Positions 26,899 through 38,020 of a stretch of 64,000 bases of DNA are shown here, in pieces. This DNA comes from a bacterium (lineage in GTDB: Bacteria > Zhuqueibacterota > QNDG01 > CAYUAG01): the NCBI GenBank assembly GCA_046483025.1, contig JAWODZ010000126.1:11981-75980 (forward strand). The letters are read 5' to 3'. The position numbers were made by a program, and so were the translations under genes. How positions within the stretch are numbered: the first letter of the stretch is position 1; every line of letters begins with the position of its first letter. The notes under the pieces were generated by a model that was not told where the DNA came from, searched no databases, and saw only the letters and a program-made list of their open reading frames with translations.

Positions 26899-29800
26899 AT
26901 GCTTGATAAATATTATATAAAAATGATTAAAAAAATAATTGCGCTGATATTGTTTTCAATAATTATTATTTGGGCAACTACTCTTTATTCACAGGAAAAC
27001 TGGGTCTGGTCGGATCCGATTGATATATTATCTTATGTAAATACACCAGATTTTGATATTGACAGGAATAATTCACACTTACATATTGTTTCAATGAAAG
27101 TGTTTGGGGGAGGGGTTCGCTATACTGAGGTTGATTCACTCGGTAATATTATTATTGAAGCTTTTCCTGTAGACAACAAAGATCTGGGAGGGATTTATTA
27201 TGGTGCAAGTATTGCAGTTGATCAGGATGGGTATCCACATATTTGTTACAGAAAACATTTAGTTGAACCCTGGTATTATCATCTATACTATACTTATAAA
27301 ACGGATAGCGGATGGTCAAATCATAAGTTAATAGCTGCTAATGTTAAAAGAGGATATCTTGTCAGAATGGATATAGATGGGGAAAATAGAGTACATATTA
27401 TTCATAGTTCTTTATCTGATTCTTCATACGGGAAAGTTACCTATTATCAGATCCGGGATGGTAATGTTATGGGCCAGTTAACCAAAACAATAACTGATCC
27501 TTTAAATTCTGAAGATGTTCTTTTTAAACTGGATAATCGATTTGAACTTGAAGCTTCCTATGATGGTGATATTCATGTGGTGCTTGGCTGCCCTTTTCCA
27601 GAATATGGGAAAATTACTTATTTTTATTCTCATGATGCCGGAGAGAGTTTTACTAAATGGGGTCACCTTCATTCGACCGATTGTAAAAGAAGGAAGGGTG
27701 ATCCTGATGTTTTCCTGGATCAGGTTGGCAACATTCATTTCAGTTATGGAACAAACCATGATAGATCTTTAGATAATGAACCATCTGTAAGATATTTACG
27801 CATGTCAGATGATGATATACAGGAACATAATGTTGTTAATACTAAAGGTTCCATAGAAAAATCGGGTGATGATCCATTCTGGGGATTAGGGTCAGTAGCA
27901 GCCAGTGATAAAGGTAAGTATGTTGTTGCTACTTATTTATCTAAATCTGGCGGAAAACTGTGGGCAAGAATTTCTGAGGATGGTGGTGAAACCTGGGGAA
28001 CTCGGAAAATGTTATCTGAGTCATGTGGCGGTTATGAAGGGAGAAACAAACATCTTATAAGAGCCTGCAGAAATCATTTTTATGTAGTTTATCCTGAAAA
28101 TAATCCCACAAAATTGCGTATGAGAATGATCCATTTTGGTGACTATCATCCTGTAGCTTCAGCCGGGGGACCATATTCTGGTAAAGAAGGTGAGTCCATA
28201 GAACTTGATATGTCAGCTTCATCTGACAGCGGCTGGTATGCAGGTATTTCTGAGTATGCCTGGGATTGGGATCAGGATGGGGAATACGATTTTAAAACCA
28301 AACTTTCAAAAACCACCTATACATTTGATGATGATTTTTCAGGAAATGCTGTTTTAAGAGTTACCGATAATTCTGGAAAATTTGATTTTGATACTGCATA
28401 TTTTACTGTTACTAATGTCCCTCCTATAGTAGATGCAGGAAGTGATATAGTTTGTGAAGAAGGGGATACTTTACATTTTTCTGCAGTTGTAGAAGATCCG
28501 GGAGATGATGTGATTTCATTTGTTTGGGATTTTGATGATGGCAATTATAGTGACGAACCAAAACCCACCCATATTTATATTGATGACAGCACTTATAATG
28601 TTACTGTGAGGGTAGATGATGGAGATGGCGGTGTAAGTGAGGATGAAATAGTGTGTCATGTCAATAATTGTGATCCGATAGCTGATGCAGGAGGGCCATA
28701 TGTTGGGGTGATAAAATCTGATATCTTATTAAAGGCAGAGGTGTACGACAAAGGAGCTGGGGATTCAATTATTTATAAAAGATGGGATTTAGATAATGAT
28801 AATATTTTTGAAACCTCGGGATATGAAGCTGTAGTAAATTATGAACAGGCCGGGACTTATATTGTGTGGTTTAAAGCAGGAGATGATGATGGAGGAGTAG
28901 GATCAGACAGCGCAGTTGTTTTAGTTTCATGTGAAGCGCCCTATATATCATCTATACCTAATCAGTCAATTGATGAGGGGGGTACATTCCAGGAAGTAGA
29001 ACTGGATAATTATGTGTATGATCAGGATCATACTGTAGATCAGTTGGAATGGAGTTTTAAAGGAAATGAAGTCTTGGATGTTTCAATTAATGAACGAATA
29101 TTGTTTGTTTGTGTTCCGGATAGTAATTGGTGGGGAGAGGAAAAAATTACTTTAATGGTTAGAGATCCAGTGGATAACAAGGATAGTTGTGAGGTTTTAT
29201 TTACAGTACACCCGGTAAATGATCCTCCCCGATGGATTAGCATAGATAAATTTTCTTTTACTGAAGATGATTCACTTATTATTGGATATCAGGAATTTTA
29301 TGATCATGTTGAAGATATTGATGATGAATTAGAAGATTTACGTTTTGACATTGAAGGTAATGTTAATATACAATGGTACACAGACTATAATAGAGAAATT
29401 TTTTGTTTGTTTGCTCCCCCCGATTGGTATGGTACAGAAGAATTAACGTTTATTGTAATTGATACCTCTGATGCCAGAGATCAAATTCAAAATACAGTAT
29501 CTGTTTATGATGATAAGTCTGATCCTCCCTTACCGTTTGATTTAATTCAACCATTATCTTATTCTTTTAAACACTGGCCGGATACCATTAAATTTATATG
29601 GCACAGTACCACTGATCCGGATTCAGAAAGTTATGTATTTTATAAATGGGAGTTAAGGTCTCAGGGTGGGGGTGTTGTTGTTGATAATAAAACATTTTTA
29701 AATGAGGAAGATACAGTTTTTTACCATCAACCTGATACAACTCTTCCTGCCGGTACCTATCTTTGGAATGTTACGGCGTACGATGAACAAAATTATAGTT

Positions 29801-30153
29801 TTAAAGCTTATCCTCCCGGATCATTAATATTGGAACGTCCTACTGCTGTTGAGAAGAACAGAGCTTCTGTCCCCAATGACTTCAGACTTTTAGAAAACTA
29901 TCCCAATCCATTTAATCCTGAGACAAAAATAAAATATGAATTACCTGTTGCAGGAAATGTAACAATTAAAATTTATAATATGATGGGTCAGCAGGTACGA
30001 ACCCTGGTAAATGGTTTTGAAGAAGCTGGATATCATCAGGTTATTTGGGATGGATGTAATGATAAGGCAAATAAGGTGCCCAGCGGGATGTATATATATA
30101 TCATGCAATGTGGTTCGCATGTACGTATGCAGAAAGCATTATTAATGAAGTAG
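26899..30153 (+). CDS. large secreted multidomain protein with BNR/Asp-box beta-propeller, PKD/cadherin-like repeats and a T9SS C-terminal sorting domain
   Basis: Signal peptide. Asp-box SxDxGxTW motifs (SHDAGESFTKW, SEDGGETWG). Repeated D-rich Ig-like modules. C-terminal ...NYPNPFNPETKIKYELPVAGNVTIKIYNMMGQQVRTLV... is the type A Por-secretion CTD. Confidence 0.8.
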   Translation: MLDKYYIKMIKKIIALILFSIIIIWATTLYSQENWVWSDPIDILSYVNTPDFDIDRNNSHLHIVSMKVFGGGVRYTEVDSLGNIIIEAFPVDNKDLGGIYYGASIAVDQDGYPHICYRKHLVEPWYYHLYYTYKTDSGWSNHKLIAANVKRGYLVRMDIDGENRVHIIHSSLSDSSYGKVTYYQIRDGNVMGQLTKTITDPLNSEDVLFKLDNRFELEASYDGDIHVVLGCPFPEYGKITYFYSHDAGESFTKWGHLHSTDCKRRKGDPDVFLDQVGNIHFSYGTNHDRSLDNEPSVRYLRMSDDDIQEHNVVNTKGSIEKSGDDPFWGLGSVAASDKGKYVVATYLSKSGGKLWARISEDGGETWGTRKMLSESCGGYEGRNKHLIRACRNHFYVVYPENNPTKLRMRMIHFGDYHPVASAGGPYSGKEGESIELDMSASSDSGWYAGISEYAWDWDQDGEYDFKTKLSKTTYTFDDDFSGNAVLRVTDNSGKFDFDTAYFTVTNVPPIVDAGSDIVCEEGDTLHFSAVVEDPGDDVISFVWDFDDGNYSDEPKPTHIYIDDSTYNVTVRVDDGDGGVSEDEIVCHVNNCDPIADAGGPYVGVIKSDILLKAEVYDKGAGDSIIYKRWDLDNDNIFETSGYEAVVNYEQAGTYIVWFKAGDDDGGVGSDSAVVLVSCEAPYISSIPNQSIDEGGTFQEVELDNYVYDQDHTVDQLEWSFKGNEVLDVSINERILFVCVPDSNWWGEEKITLMVRDPVDNKDSCEVLFTVHPVNDPPRWISIDKFSFTEDDSLIIGYQEFYDHVEDIDDELEDLRFDIEGNVNIQWYTDYNREIFCLFAPPDWYGTEELTFIVIDTSDARDQIQNTVSVYDDKSDPPLPFDLIQPLSYSFKHWPDTIKFIWHSTTDPDSESYVFYKWELRSQGGGVVVDNKTFLNEEDTVFYHQPDTTLPAGTYLWNVTAYDEQNYSFKAYPPGSLILERPTAVEKNRASVPNDFRLLENYPNPFNPETKIKYELPVAGNVTIKIYNMMGQQVRTLVNGFEEAGYHQVIWDGCNDKANKVPSGMYIYIMQCGSHVRMQKALLMK

Positions 30154-30205
30154 TAACATACTAATAATCTTATTATAAAATTGGTTTTTAAAAAAGCAAA
30201 TCCAT

Positions 30206-31720
30206 TTATTTTTGTCTTTCTTTGACCATCTCGGTTATGGTCCTGAAATCAAGTTTTCCGCTTCCCATTTTGGGTAGTTCAGGAAAAACCATGAATATTT
30301 TTGGAATTGCTATCTTAGGTAATTCTTTACCTAATTTTTTAAGTATTTCTTTTCTGTTAATTTTCTCAGACACAGCAGCAATTAATTGAGCTCCTTTGGT
30401 GGGATGCGGGACTTCTACTACGCAACAATCAATATGATCCGGAAGTGCGGTATTCAGTATACTTTCCGTATTAACCAGAGAAACCATTTCACCTCCAATT
30501 TTCACAAATCGTTTTAGTCTCCCTTTATGCCAGAGATACCCATCCTCATCCAGCATACCCATATCACCGGTATCATACCATCCGTCTTTGATACGAAGAG
30601 AGGTCTCTTCAATATCATCGAAATAACCTTTCATAACATTGGGGCCTTTAACCAGAATTTTTCCTTCTTTATTTGGCGGTAATTCAGTACCACTTTCAAT
30701 ATCCACTATTTTAACGTTTTGATCCGGAAAAACTTTTCCAATACTACCGGCTCGGTTATGTTCCAGAGTATTTACTGAAATCACCGGACTTGTTTCAGTG
30801 GTTCCATACCCCTCCAGTAATAACTTATTATGTTTTTCTTTATACCCTTTTCGGAGTCTGTCCGGAGTTTTATCAGCACCAGCAACTAAAATTCGGAGAG
30901 AATCAAAATCTCCGGGTCGTGATTCTCTTAAATACCCTGCAAAAAAGACCGGAGTGGCAGCGATCATGACTGGTTTTTCTTCTTTTATTATTTTGGGGAT
31001 AGTTTTGAAATCAAGTGGATTGGCATAGGTTATAGCAGTTGAACCTAAGAGAAGCGGAAGCCAGAAATTTACCATATGCCCGAAAACATGAAAGAGAGGG
31101 AGAATACAGAGAATACTGTCTTCAGGGGTTAATTTAAAAATTTCGATTGCAGTCAGTGCATTTGAAGCTAAATTTTTATGGGTTAACTGAACAGCTTTGG
31201 GCTCTTTTTCGCTGCCGCTGGTGAAAAGAATAACAGCATTATAATCTTCAGTCAATTTTGCAGTTGATTTACAGATTTTTTTTACAGATAATTTAGAACG
31301 AAATAAAGCTTTTATTTTGTCAAATTTTGTAATACTCTCCATTATATCTTCGATATATATCATTCCCTCAATTTTTGGACATTTAATTTTTTCCAGAAGA
31401 GCCTTGGAGGTAATGATTTTTTTAAATCCACATTTATCCTGAGCATATACTGCATTTTTTTCCGCACCAGTAGAATAGTTGATCATAACCGGAACTTTTC
31501 CAGCCAGGAGTGCACCTAAAATTGCCAGAAATGATCCGGCGGAATTGGGGATCATTATTCCCAGGTAGCCCTTTTCGTATTTATTGAATTTTCTTGCCAA
31601 AAGAATTGCTGCAATTAAGGCTTTAGAGTAAGGAACTCTTTTATCAGTAGTACGGTCAATGATTGCTAATTTTTTTCCCATTTTTTTGGCAATTTTTACA
31701 AATTCATGATGTAATATCAT
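30206..31720 (-). CDS. AMP-dependent acyl-CoA synthetase/ligase
   Basis: 504 aa. AMP-binding motif TSGSEKEPKAV, EGYGTTE and the C-terminal GKLDFR lysine motif. Confidence 0.85.
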   Translation of the reverse strand: MILHHEFVKIAKKMGKKLAIIDRTTDKRVPYSKALIAAILLARKFNKYEKGYLGIMIPNSAGSFLAILGALLAGKVPVMINYSTGAEKNAVYAQDKCGFKKIITSKALLEKIKCPKIEGMIYIEDIMESITKFDKIKALFRSKLSVKKICKSTAKLTEDYNAVILFTSGSEKEPKAVQLTHKNLASNALTAIEIFKLTPEDSILCILPLFHVFGHMVNFWLPLLLGSTAITYANPLDFKTIPKIIKEEKPVMIAATPVFFAGYLRESRPGDFDSLRILVAGADKTPDRLRKGYKEKHNKLLLEGYGTTETSPVISVNTLEHNRAGSIGKVFPDQNVKIVDIESGTELPPNKEGKILVKGPNVMKGYFDDIEETSLRIKDGWYDTGDMGMLDEDGYLWHKGRLKRFVKIGGEMVSLVNTESILNTALPDHIDCCVVEVPHPTKGAQLIAAVSEKINRKEILKKLGKELPKIAIPKIFMVFPELPKMGSGKLDFRTITEMVKERQK

Positions 31721-31933
31721 AATATTCCCCTTAATTTTTTATTAAATTAGAATATGATATAATTTTTGTTACTATTTAAACAATTATTAATAACCAAAAA
31801 CAATACTGAATAATATATAAAATATTAAATTTTTTTAAAAATTGCAATATTTTTTTATGAATAAATTCTTTGATTAAAAGTAAATATTTATTAATATTAG
31901 AGTATTCATTAATCGGAATCTTTCGAAATTACT

Positions 31934-33847
31934 ATGAAATCAAAATATAAAAAAAGTCCCTATAACATATTCCAGTTTTTTAAAAATGTTCTGGATGCTA
32001 TGGCTGATCTGGTTTATATAGTTAACAAAGACAGAGAGATACAGTATATCAATCCTGCCATGAAAAAAGTATTCGGCTCCAAAGATGGTAAAAAATGCTA
32101 TGAATACCTTTCAGATTTATCGATGACCTGCCCCTGGTGCAGTCATGAAAATGTATTAGATGGTCATACCATTCGCAGGGAGTGGTATTGTCAAAAAAAA
32201 GATAGAATCTATGATGTAATTGAAACTCCTTTACATAATGAGAATGGTCAGGTTTTCAAGCTAAAAATTATGCGTGATATCACAGATCTAAAGAGATGGG
32301 AACAAAAACTTCAGAATGAGAGAGATTTATTGAAAAATATCATGGAAAACACCCATTCCATGATGGCATATCTGGATAAAGATTTTAATTTTATTCATGT
32401 CAATACAGCTTATGCAGAAGGTTCGGGTTATTCAGTTAAAGAGCTAATCGGCAGAAATCATTTTGATTTATTTCCCAATCAAGAGAATTATGCAATATTT
32501 AAAAAAGTCAGAGATACCGGCAACTCAATCGGGTTAAAAGATAAACCTTTTACATTTGCCCATCAACCGGAAAGAGGTGTTACGTACTGGAACTGGACAC
32601 TCAATCCCATAACAAATTCAGCTGGGGATACAGAGAATCTGGTTTTAACGCTGGAAGAAACCACCAAACGAAAAAGAATTGAAAATAAACTCAAGGAAAG
32701 TGAGGCCAGGTATAAACTTGCCCAAAAAGCTGCCCATATTGGTACCTGGGATTGGGATATCAAAACAGGCAAGCTTGTCTGGTCTGAAGAAGTTGAAACC
32801 TTGTTTGGGTTGCAAACCGGAGAGTTTAAAAATGATTATAAAGAATTTGTCAAACTAATCCATCCTGAGGACAGAGAGAAGGTTCAGTCAGCAATTGACA
32901 GATGCATTGAAGTAAAAGAAGATTATGATGTAGAACACCGTATAATCTGGCCGGATGGATCAATTCACTGGTTGAGAGAAATGGGGAATGTTATTTGTGA
33001 TGAAAAACAATTGGCAGTACGTATGCTGGGAATTGTTCAGGATATCACTGAACAAAAGGAAGCCCGAGAAATATTGGAAAACACCAGAGAGCAGTTGGAG
33101 CGAGGTGTAAAAAAGCGAACCGAAGAGCTGGAAAAACTCAATACAATATTACAGCAGGAAATTGCAGAACGTAAAAATTATCAAGAACAGCTCCACTCTT
33201 TAATGTCTCGTATGACAAAGATGGAAGAACAGGCGCGCAGAAGAATTGCCACCGGATTACATGATCGCATTGTTCAATCTTTGGCCCTGACCAAAATCAA
33301 ACTGGAGAAGATCATTGATAATAATGAGGATATAAAACTGAAAGACACCTTAGAAGAGATTCATCAGCTTGTGGATCAAAATATTAATGAGACCCGTTCC
33401 TTAACTTTTGAAATAAGTCCGCCTATACTGTATGAAATGGGTTTGGTATCGGCTATTGAATGGCTTGCAGATAAGATGAGCAAAAAGCACGATCTTGATA
33501 TTACTGTTAAAAACGATGGTGAATTCACATCCATGGATGATAATATACGCAATATTCTTTTTCAAACCGTTCAGGAATTACTGAATAACATTCAAGAACA
33601 TGCCGGAGCCAGCCAGGCAGAAATACAGATAGCAGAAGAAGAGGATAATATTGTAATTCAGATTAAAGATAACGGAGTTGGTTTTAAGGTATCGGAAGTA
33701 AAACCGGATATGTCCCGTTTGACCGGCTTTGGGCTTTTCAATATTAAAGAACGACTGAAATATGTAAAGGGTCAGTGCAGGATTACATCCGGGAAGAATC
33801 AAGGTACAACTGTTGTTATTAAAGCCCCCTGGAAAAAGAATAATTGA
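31934..33847 (+). CDS. PAS-domain sensor histidine kinase (HisKA_3 / NarL-type), copy 1
   Basis: Two or three PAS/PAC modules, coiled-coil linker, H-box HDRIVQSLA and HATPase_c (GFGL..). Paralogous to 55773-58067. Confidence 0.85.
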   Translation: MKSKYKKSPYNIFQFFKNVLDAMADLVYIVNKDREIQYINPAMKKVFGSKDGKKCYEYLSDLSMTCPWCSHENVLDGHTIRREWYCQKKDRIYDVIETPLHNENGQVFKLKIMRDITDLKRWEQKLQNERDLLKNIMENTHSMMAYLDKDFNFIHVNTAYAEGSGYSVKELIGRNHFDLFPNQENYAIFKKVRDTGNSIGLKDKPFTFAHQPERGVTYWNWTLNPITNSAGDTENLVLTLEETTKRKRIENKLKESEARYKLAQKAAHIGTWDWDIKTGKLVWSEEVETLFGLQTGEFKNDYKEFVKLIHPEDREKVQSAIDRCIEVKEDYDVEHRIIWPDGSIHWLREMGNVICDEKQLAVRMLGIVQDITEQKEAREILENTREQLERGVKKRTEELEKLNTILQQEIAERKNYQEQLHSLMSRMTKMEEQARRRIATGLHDRIVQSLALTKIKLEKIIDNNEDIKLKDTLEEIHQLVDQNINETRSLTFEISPPILYEMGLVSAIEWLADKMSKKHDLDITVKNDGEFTSMDDNIRNILFQTVQELLNNIQEHAGASQAEIQIAEEEDNIVIQIKDNGVGFKVSEVKPDMSRLTGFGLFNIKERLKYVKGQCRITSGKNQGTTVVIKAPWKKNN

Positions 33848-33859
33848 AAAGGATTTTTT

Positions 33860-34507
33860 ATGAAAACCAAAATCATACTGGCTGATGATCATCAGATAAT
33901 CAGGGATGGATTAAAATCTTTAATTGATAAGGAGACGGTTTTTGAGCTGTTGGCCGAGGCCAGTAATGGAAGAACCACTGTACAACTGGCTGAAGAGATG
34001 AAGCCGGATGTGGTGATTATGGATATCAGCATGCCGGGACTCAATGGTATGGAAGCAGCTCGTCAGATTTTACACACCAATCCTGATATTAAGATTATTG
34101 CTCTGTCAGTACATTCAGAAAAACAGTTTGTATCCGGAATGCTGCGGGCGGGTGCTTCTGCTTATTTGTTGAAAGACTGTGCCTTCCGGGAGCTTAAAGA
34201 GGCCATTAACTTGGTCAAGCAGAATCAAATTTATTTAAGTCCGAAAATTACCGGTTTAATTATTCATGATTACAAAGAAAAACTGATTAAAGAAGATCAG
34301 TCAGTATTCAATGTGTTAACCGGCAGAGAAAGGGAAGTGCTTCAGCTACTTGCAGAGGGGAAAACAACCAAACAGGTTGCCGGAGAGCTGTATATCAGTG
34401 TGAAAACAGTTGAAACTCACAGACAGAATATAATGAACAAATTGAGTGTATACAACCTTCCGGAACTGGTAAAATATGCAATCCGCCAGGGTATTGTAAG
34501 TCTTTAA
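33860..34507 (+). CDS. LuxR/NarL-family response regulator, copy 1
   Basis: REC domain (DDH...D in VIMDISMP...K) plus a C-terminal GerE/LuxR HTH. About 60% identical to 58091-58741. Confidence 0.9.
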   Translation: MKTKIILADDHQIIRDGLKSLIDKETVFELLAEASNGRTTVQLAEEMKPDVVIMDISMPGLNGMEAARQILHTNPDIKIIALSVHSEKQFVSGMLRAGASAYLLKDCAFRELKEAINLVKQNQIYLSPKITGLIIHDYKEKLIKEDQSVFNVLTGREREVLQLLAEGKTTKQVAGELYISVKTVETHRQNIMNKLSVYNLPELVKYAIRQGIVSL

Positions 34508-34605
34508 CCAACCTGAATAATTTAGGCTGGATTTTTTAACCTTCCATCCATTTTACAAGTATTTTTTATTTACAGATTAACATCTCATACTTTTTTTCTG
34601 TGAAA

Positions 34606-34622
34606 ATAGGGAATTTCCCTAT
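34606..34622. promoter_or_regulatory. 17-bp perfect palindrome ATAGGGAA-T-TTCCCTAT, 34 bp upstream of the second regulator gene
   Basis: Seen directly: 8-bp arms around a central T. Size and symmetry fit a LuxR/GerE-type dimer operator. Confidence 0.5.
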
Positions 34623-34655
34623 TGTATCTCTCTCCCAATATTTTTTTCTTAGGTT

Positions 34656-35288
34656 ATGAGTATAAACATTTTAGTTGCTGAAAATAATATTGATATGAGA
34701 AAACAGATTTGTGAACTTTTGAGAAATGAGAGGAGTTTCAAAATTATTGCTGAAGATGCTGATGGTATGTCAGCCGTACAGACAGCCAAAAGAATAAAGC
34801 CGGATATGGTTTTAATGGATATTGCCATGCCGGAGCTTAGTGGAATGGCAGCTACTCATCTTATCAAGGAATTTAGTGAAAAAATAAAGATAGTGGGTTT
34901 AACCATGTTTATGGAGATGAGTTTTGTGAAGAGTATGTTCAAGGCCGGGGCCTCGGGATATATTTTAAAGGATACAATGGTACGAGAACTTCCGGTGGCA
35001 GTGCATAAGGTCTCTAGAAATCAGATTTATTTCAGTAATAAGATTGAGACTATGATTCTTTCTGATTATTTAAAAAAAATGAATACAGAACAATATAATC
35101 GGCAACAGTATCTTTCTGAGAATGATATGAAAATATTACAGTGTCTGGCACGGGGAGAAACCTGGGAGGAAATAACTGAAAAAACAGGACTGAATTGTAA
35201 TACGGTTGAAATAATTCACCAAAAAATATTACAGACCTGGATAATTTTTATAAAATCATTGAATAGTCAGGGAAAGAACTATTTGTAG
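34656..35288 (+). CDS. REC-domain protein with LuxR-type HTH and atypical receiver (AENN replaces the DD acidic pair)
   Basis: [16 protein letters not shown]... The phospho-acceptor Asp (MDIAMP) and the conserved Lys are retained. C-terminal GerE-like HTH ([29 protein letters not shown]). Sits directly upstream of korAB. Confidence 0.7.
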   Translation: MSINILVAENNIDMRKQICELLRNERSFKIIAEDADGMSAVQTAKRIKPDMVLMDIAMPELSGMAATHLIKEFSEKIKIVGLTMFMEMSFVKSMFKAGASGYILKDTMVRELPVAVHKVSRNQIYFSNKIETMILSDYLKKMNTEQYNRQQYLSENDMKILQCLARGETWEEITEKTGLNCNTVEIIHQKILQTWIIFIKSLNSQGKNYL

Positions 35289-35299
35289 GAGACAATCAG

Positions 35300-37012
35300 A
35301 TGGTAAAAAAAGATGACATTTCTATAGTGCTTTGTGGTCCAGCAGGTCAGGGCATAAAGACTGCTGAACAGGTAATGGTGTCAATTTTTCGAAAAGCAGG
35401 ATATAATGTTTTTGCCACCAAAGAATACATGTCCCGTATCAGAGGAGGCAGTAATTCCACCTCTATCCGAGTATCATCAAAACAAGTGAAATCTTTTGTA
35501 GATCGCATGGATATCTTGGTTCCTCTCGACCGGGAGGCCTTGGAACATATTGAATCCCGTATTACCCCGGAAACAATGGTCATCGGGGAAAAGGAAATTT
35601 TACTAAAAGAAGATAAAAAGATAGATTATCAGATCCATGATGTAGCTTTAACTGAATTGGCCGAAGAAGCAGGTGGTAAAATTTATTCCAACATGATAGT
35701 AGTGGGAATTATAGCTGGTTTACTAGATATTGATAGTTCCTTGGTTCATACTTTTGTAGAAGAAATCTTCAGTAATAAAGAAAAAGAGATTGTAAAAAAG
35801 AATATTAGTGCTATTGATAAGGGATATAACCTCAGTTCCATTTTAGCAGCAGATTCCATCATTGAAATCAAAACCAAAGATAAGAACCAGATCCAAAAGG
35901 AGTTTTTAGTTAATGGTGGCGAGGCGGTAAGTATGGGAGCAGTAGCCGGAGGCTGTAATTTCATTGCTTCCTATCCTATGACTCCTTCCACCTCGGTTTT
36001 GACCTTTCTTGCCCAACATGGGAAAAAGTTCACTATTATTGCAGAGCAGGCTGAAGATGAAATAGCAGCCATTAATATGGTATTGGGTGCCTGGTATGCA
36101 GGAGCGCGGGGTATGGTGACCACCTCCGGAGGAGGATTTGCTTTGATGACAGAAGGATTGAGTCTTTCCGCCATGCTGGAGTCACCCCTGGTGATTCACC
36201 TTGCCCAGAGGCCGGGTCCGGCAACCGGGCTTCCTACCCGTACGGAGCAGGGTGATCTCTTGTTTGCTTTGCACGCCGGTCATGGTGAATTTCCCCGCAT
36301 AATTTTTTCCCCCGGTACTTTAGAGGATGCTTTCTTTTTAACCCAGAAGGCTTTTAATCTGGCAGATAAATACCAGATTCCGGTATTCATTCTCACGGAT
36401 CAGTATTTTATTGATTCCTATTACAACATCCGGAAGTTTGATCTATCGAAAGTTAAAAACCAACACTTTATAGTTAAAACCGGTAACGACTACCAGAGGT
36501 ATGAGCTTACAGACAATGGGGTTTCTCCCCGGGGAATACCGGGATATGGCGATGGTCTGGTGGCAGTGGACAGTGATGAACATGACTATGAAGGACATAT
36601 TACGGAAGATTTAGAGATCCGTGCCAACATGGTGGAGAAACGGTTAAAGAAGATGAACAGTCTGGTCAAAGAAGCATTAGTTGCGGAAAGAATTGGTCCG
36701 GATAACAGTGATACTCTGGTGATCTGCTGGGGATCGACAGTTCATATAGTGAAAGAGGCCCTGGAAAACATTGATGCAGATAAGATTGCTGTACTGTATT
36801 TCAAACAGGTCTTTCCGCTTTCTCCTCAGACAGCAGATATTCTTAATAAGGCAAAAAAGCTGATTATGGTAGAAAACAATGCAACGGCTCAATTTGCCCA
36901 GCTTTTGAAACTGCACCTAAATATTGATATTTCGATTAAAGTTTTAAAATACAATGGTCTGTGCTTTTCAGTGGAAGAGGTGGAAAAAGAATTACAGAAG
37001 GTAATCAATTAG
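35300..37012 (+). CDS. korA: 2-oxoacid:ferredoxin oxidoreductase alpha subunit (KorA/OorA type)
   Basis: 570 aa. Fused gamma-alpha organisation typical of two-subunit OFORs. Confidence 0.85.
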   Translation: MVKKDDISIVLCGPAGQGIKTAEQVMVSIFRKAGYNVFATKEYMSRIRGGSNSTSIRVSSKQVKSFVDRMDILVPLDREALEHIESRITPETMVIGEKEILLKEDKKIDYQIHDVALTELAEEAGGKIYSNMIVVGIIAGLLDIDSSLVHTFVEEIFSNKEKEIVKKNISAIDKGYNLSSILAADSIIEIKTKDKNQIQKEFLVNGGEAVSMGAVAGGCNFIASYPMTPSTSVLTFLAQHGKKFTIIAEQAEDEIAAINMVLGAWYAGARGMVTTSGGGFALMTEGLSLSAMLESPLVIHLAQRPGPATGLPTRTEQGDLLFALHAGHGEFPRIIFSPGTLEDAFFLTQKAFNLADKYQIPVFILTDQYFIDSYYNIRKFDLSKVKNQHFIVKTGNDYQRYELTDNGVSPRGIPGYGDGLVAVDSDEHDYEGHITEDLEIRANMVEKRLKKMNSLVKEALVAERIGPDNSDTLVICWGSTVHIVKEALENIDADKIAVLYFKQVFPLSPQTADILNKAKKLIMVENNATAQFAQLLKLHLNIDISIKVLKYNGLCFSVEEVEKELQKVIN

Positions 37013-37018
37013 GAGAAC

Positions 37019-37876
37019 ATGATGAGTAAAAATGTTTACGACATGAGCGATATTGATGTGGCCTGGTGTCCGGGATGTGGTAATTTTACTATCTGGAAAG
37101 TGTTAAGGGAAACACTTTCGGAGATGAGCATAAAACCCCAGGAAGTAGTGATTGTATCCGGTATTGGTCAGGCAGCTAAGATGCCTCATTATTTACGCTG
37201 CAATGTATTTAACGGCTTGCACGGCAGAGCTTTACCTCCGGCTGTTGGTATAAAGTCAGTTAATCCTGAACTTACCGTAATTGCAGAAAGCGGAGACGGA
37301 GATATGTATGGTGAAGGAGGTAATCATTTTATGCACACCATCAGAAGAAATCCCAATATTACCAATCTTGTGCATAACAATATGGTTTACGGCTTGACCA
37401 AAGGCCAGGCTTCTCCCACCAGCCAGTCGGGATTTGTGACCCCGATACAGGTTGACGGTGTTACTCTGAAGCCTTTTAATCCGCTTGTGGTGGCAATTGC
37501 CCTGGATGCATCTTTTGTAGCCCGAACCAGCACCGTGGATACCGAGAAATTCAAGATGATCCTGAAAGAGGCAATAGAGCATCCCGGATATGCCCTAATT
37601 GATATTTTTCAACCCTGTGTTTCCTTTAACAAAGTCAATACCTACAAATGGTTCAAGGAAAACACCTATTATCTGGAAGAAAAGTATGATCCGAGGAACA
37701 AGGTTGAAGCCTTTACCCGGGCTTCGGAAACAGAAAAATTTCCTTTGGGAATTCTCTATAAAAATACTGATAAAAAGAGCTTTGAGCAAAGTCTGACAGT
37801 ATATCAGAAAGATAAAAGTCCTGTTATAAACAGATCCTTTAACCTGGAAAAGTTAGAGGAATTTATGAATAAGTAG
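37019..37876 (+). CDS. korB: 2-oxoacid:ferredoxin oxidoreductase beta subunit (TPP-binding)
   Basis: CPGCGNF motif at the N-terminus, TPP-binding GDG..Y region. An alternative ATG at 37022 has better SD spacing. Confidence 0.85.
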   Translation: MMSKNVYDMSDIDVAWCPGCGNFTIWKVLRETLSEMSIKPQEVVIVSGIGQAAKMPHYLRCNVFNGLHGRALPPAVGIKSVNPELTVIAESGDGDMYGEGGNHFMHTIRRNPNITNLVHNNMVYGLTKGQASPTSQSGFVTPIQVDGVTLKPFNPLVVAIALDASFVARTSTVDTEKFKMILKEAIEHPGYALIDIFQPCVSFNKVNTYKWFKENTYYLEEKYDPRNKVEAFTRASETEKFPLGILYKNTDKKSFEQSLTVYQKDKSPVINRSFNLEKLEEFMNK

Positions 37877-37914
37877 AATTTAGGATTGTAGAATGAATCT
37901 AAAGAATTAGGGAT

Positions 37915-37975
37915 TAGTGTCGCTGTCGCAATTGATTCCGATAGCGATTGCGATCCTGATACCGATAGTGATGAA
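37915..37975. repeat. hexamer-periodic GATnnn tract (intergenic)
   Basis: gtcgctgtcgcaattgattccgatagcgattgcgatcctgataccgatagtgatgaa. Confidence 0.55.
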
Positions 37976-38020
37976 AATTTAAAATTATTAATTGTAATAA
38001 TGATAAGAAAGGAGAAGAAG

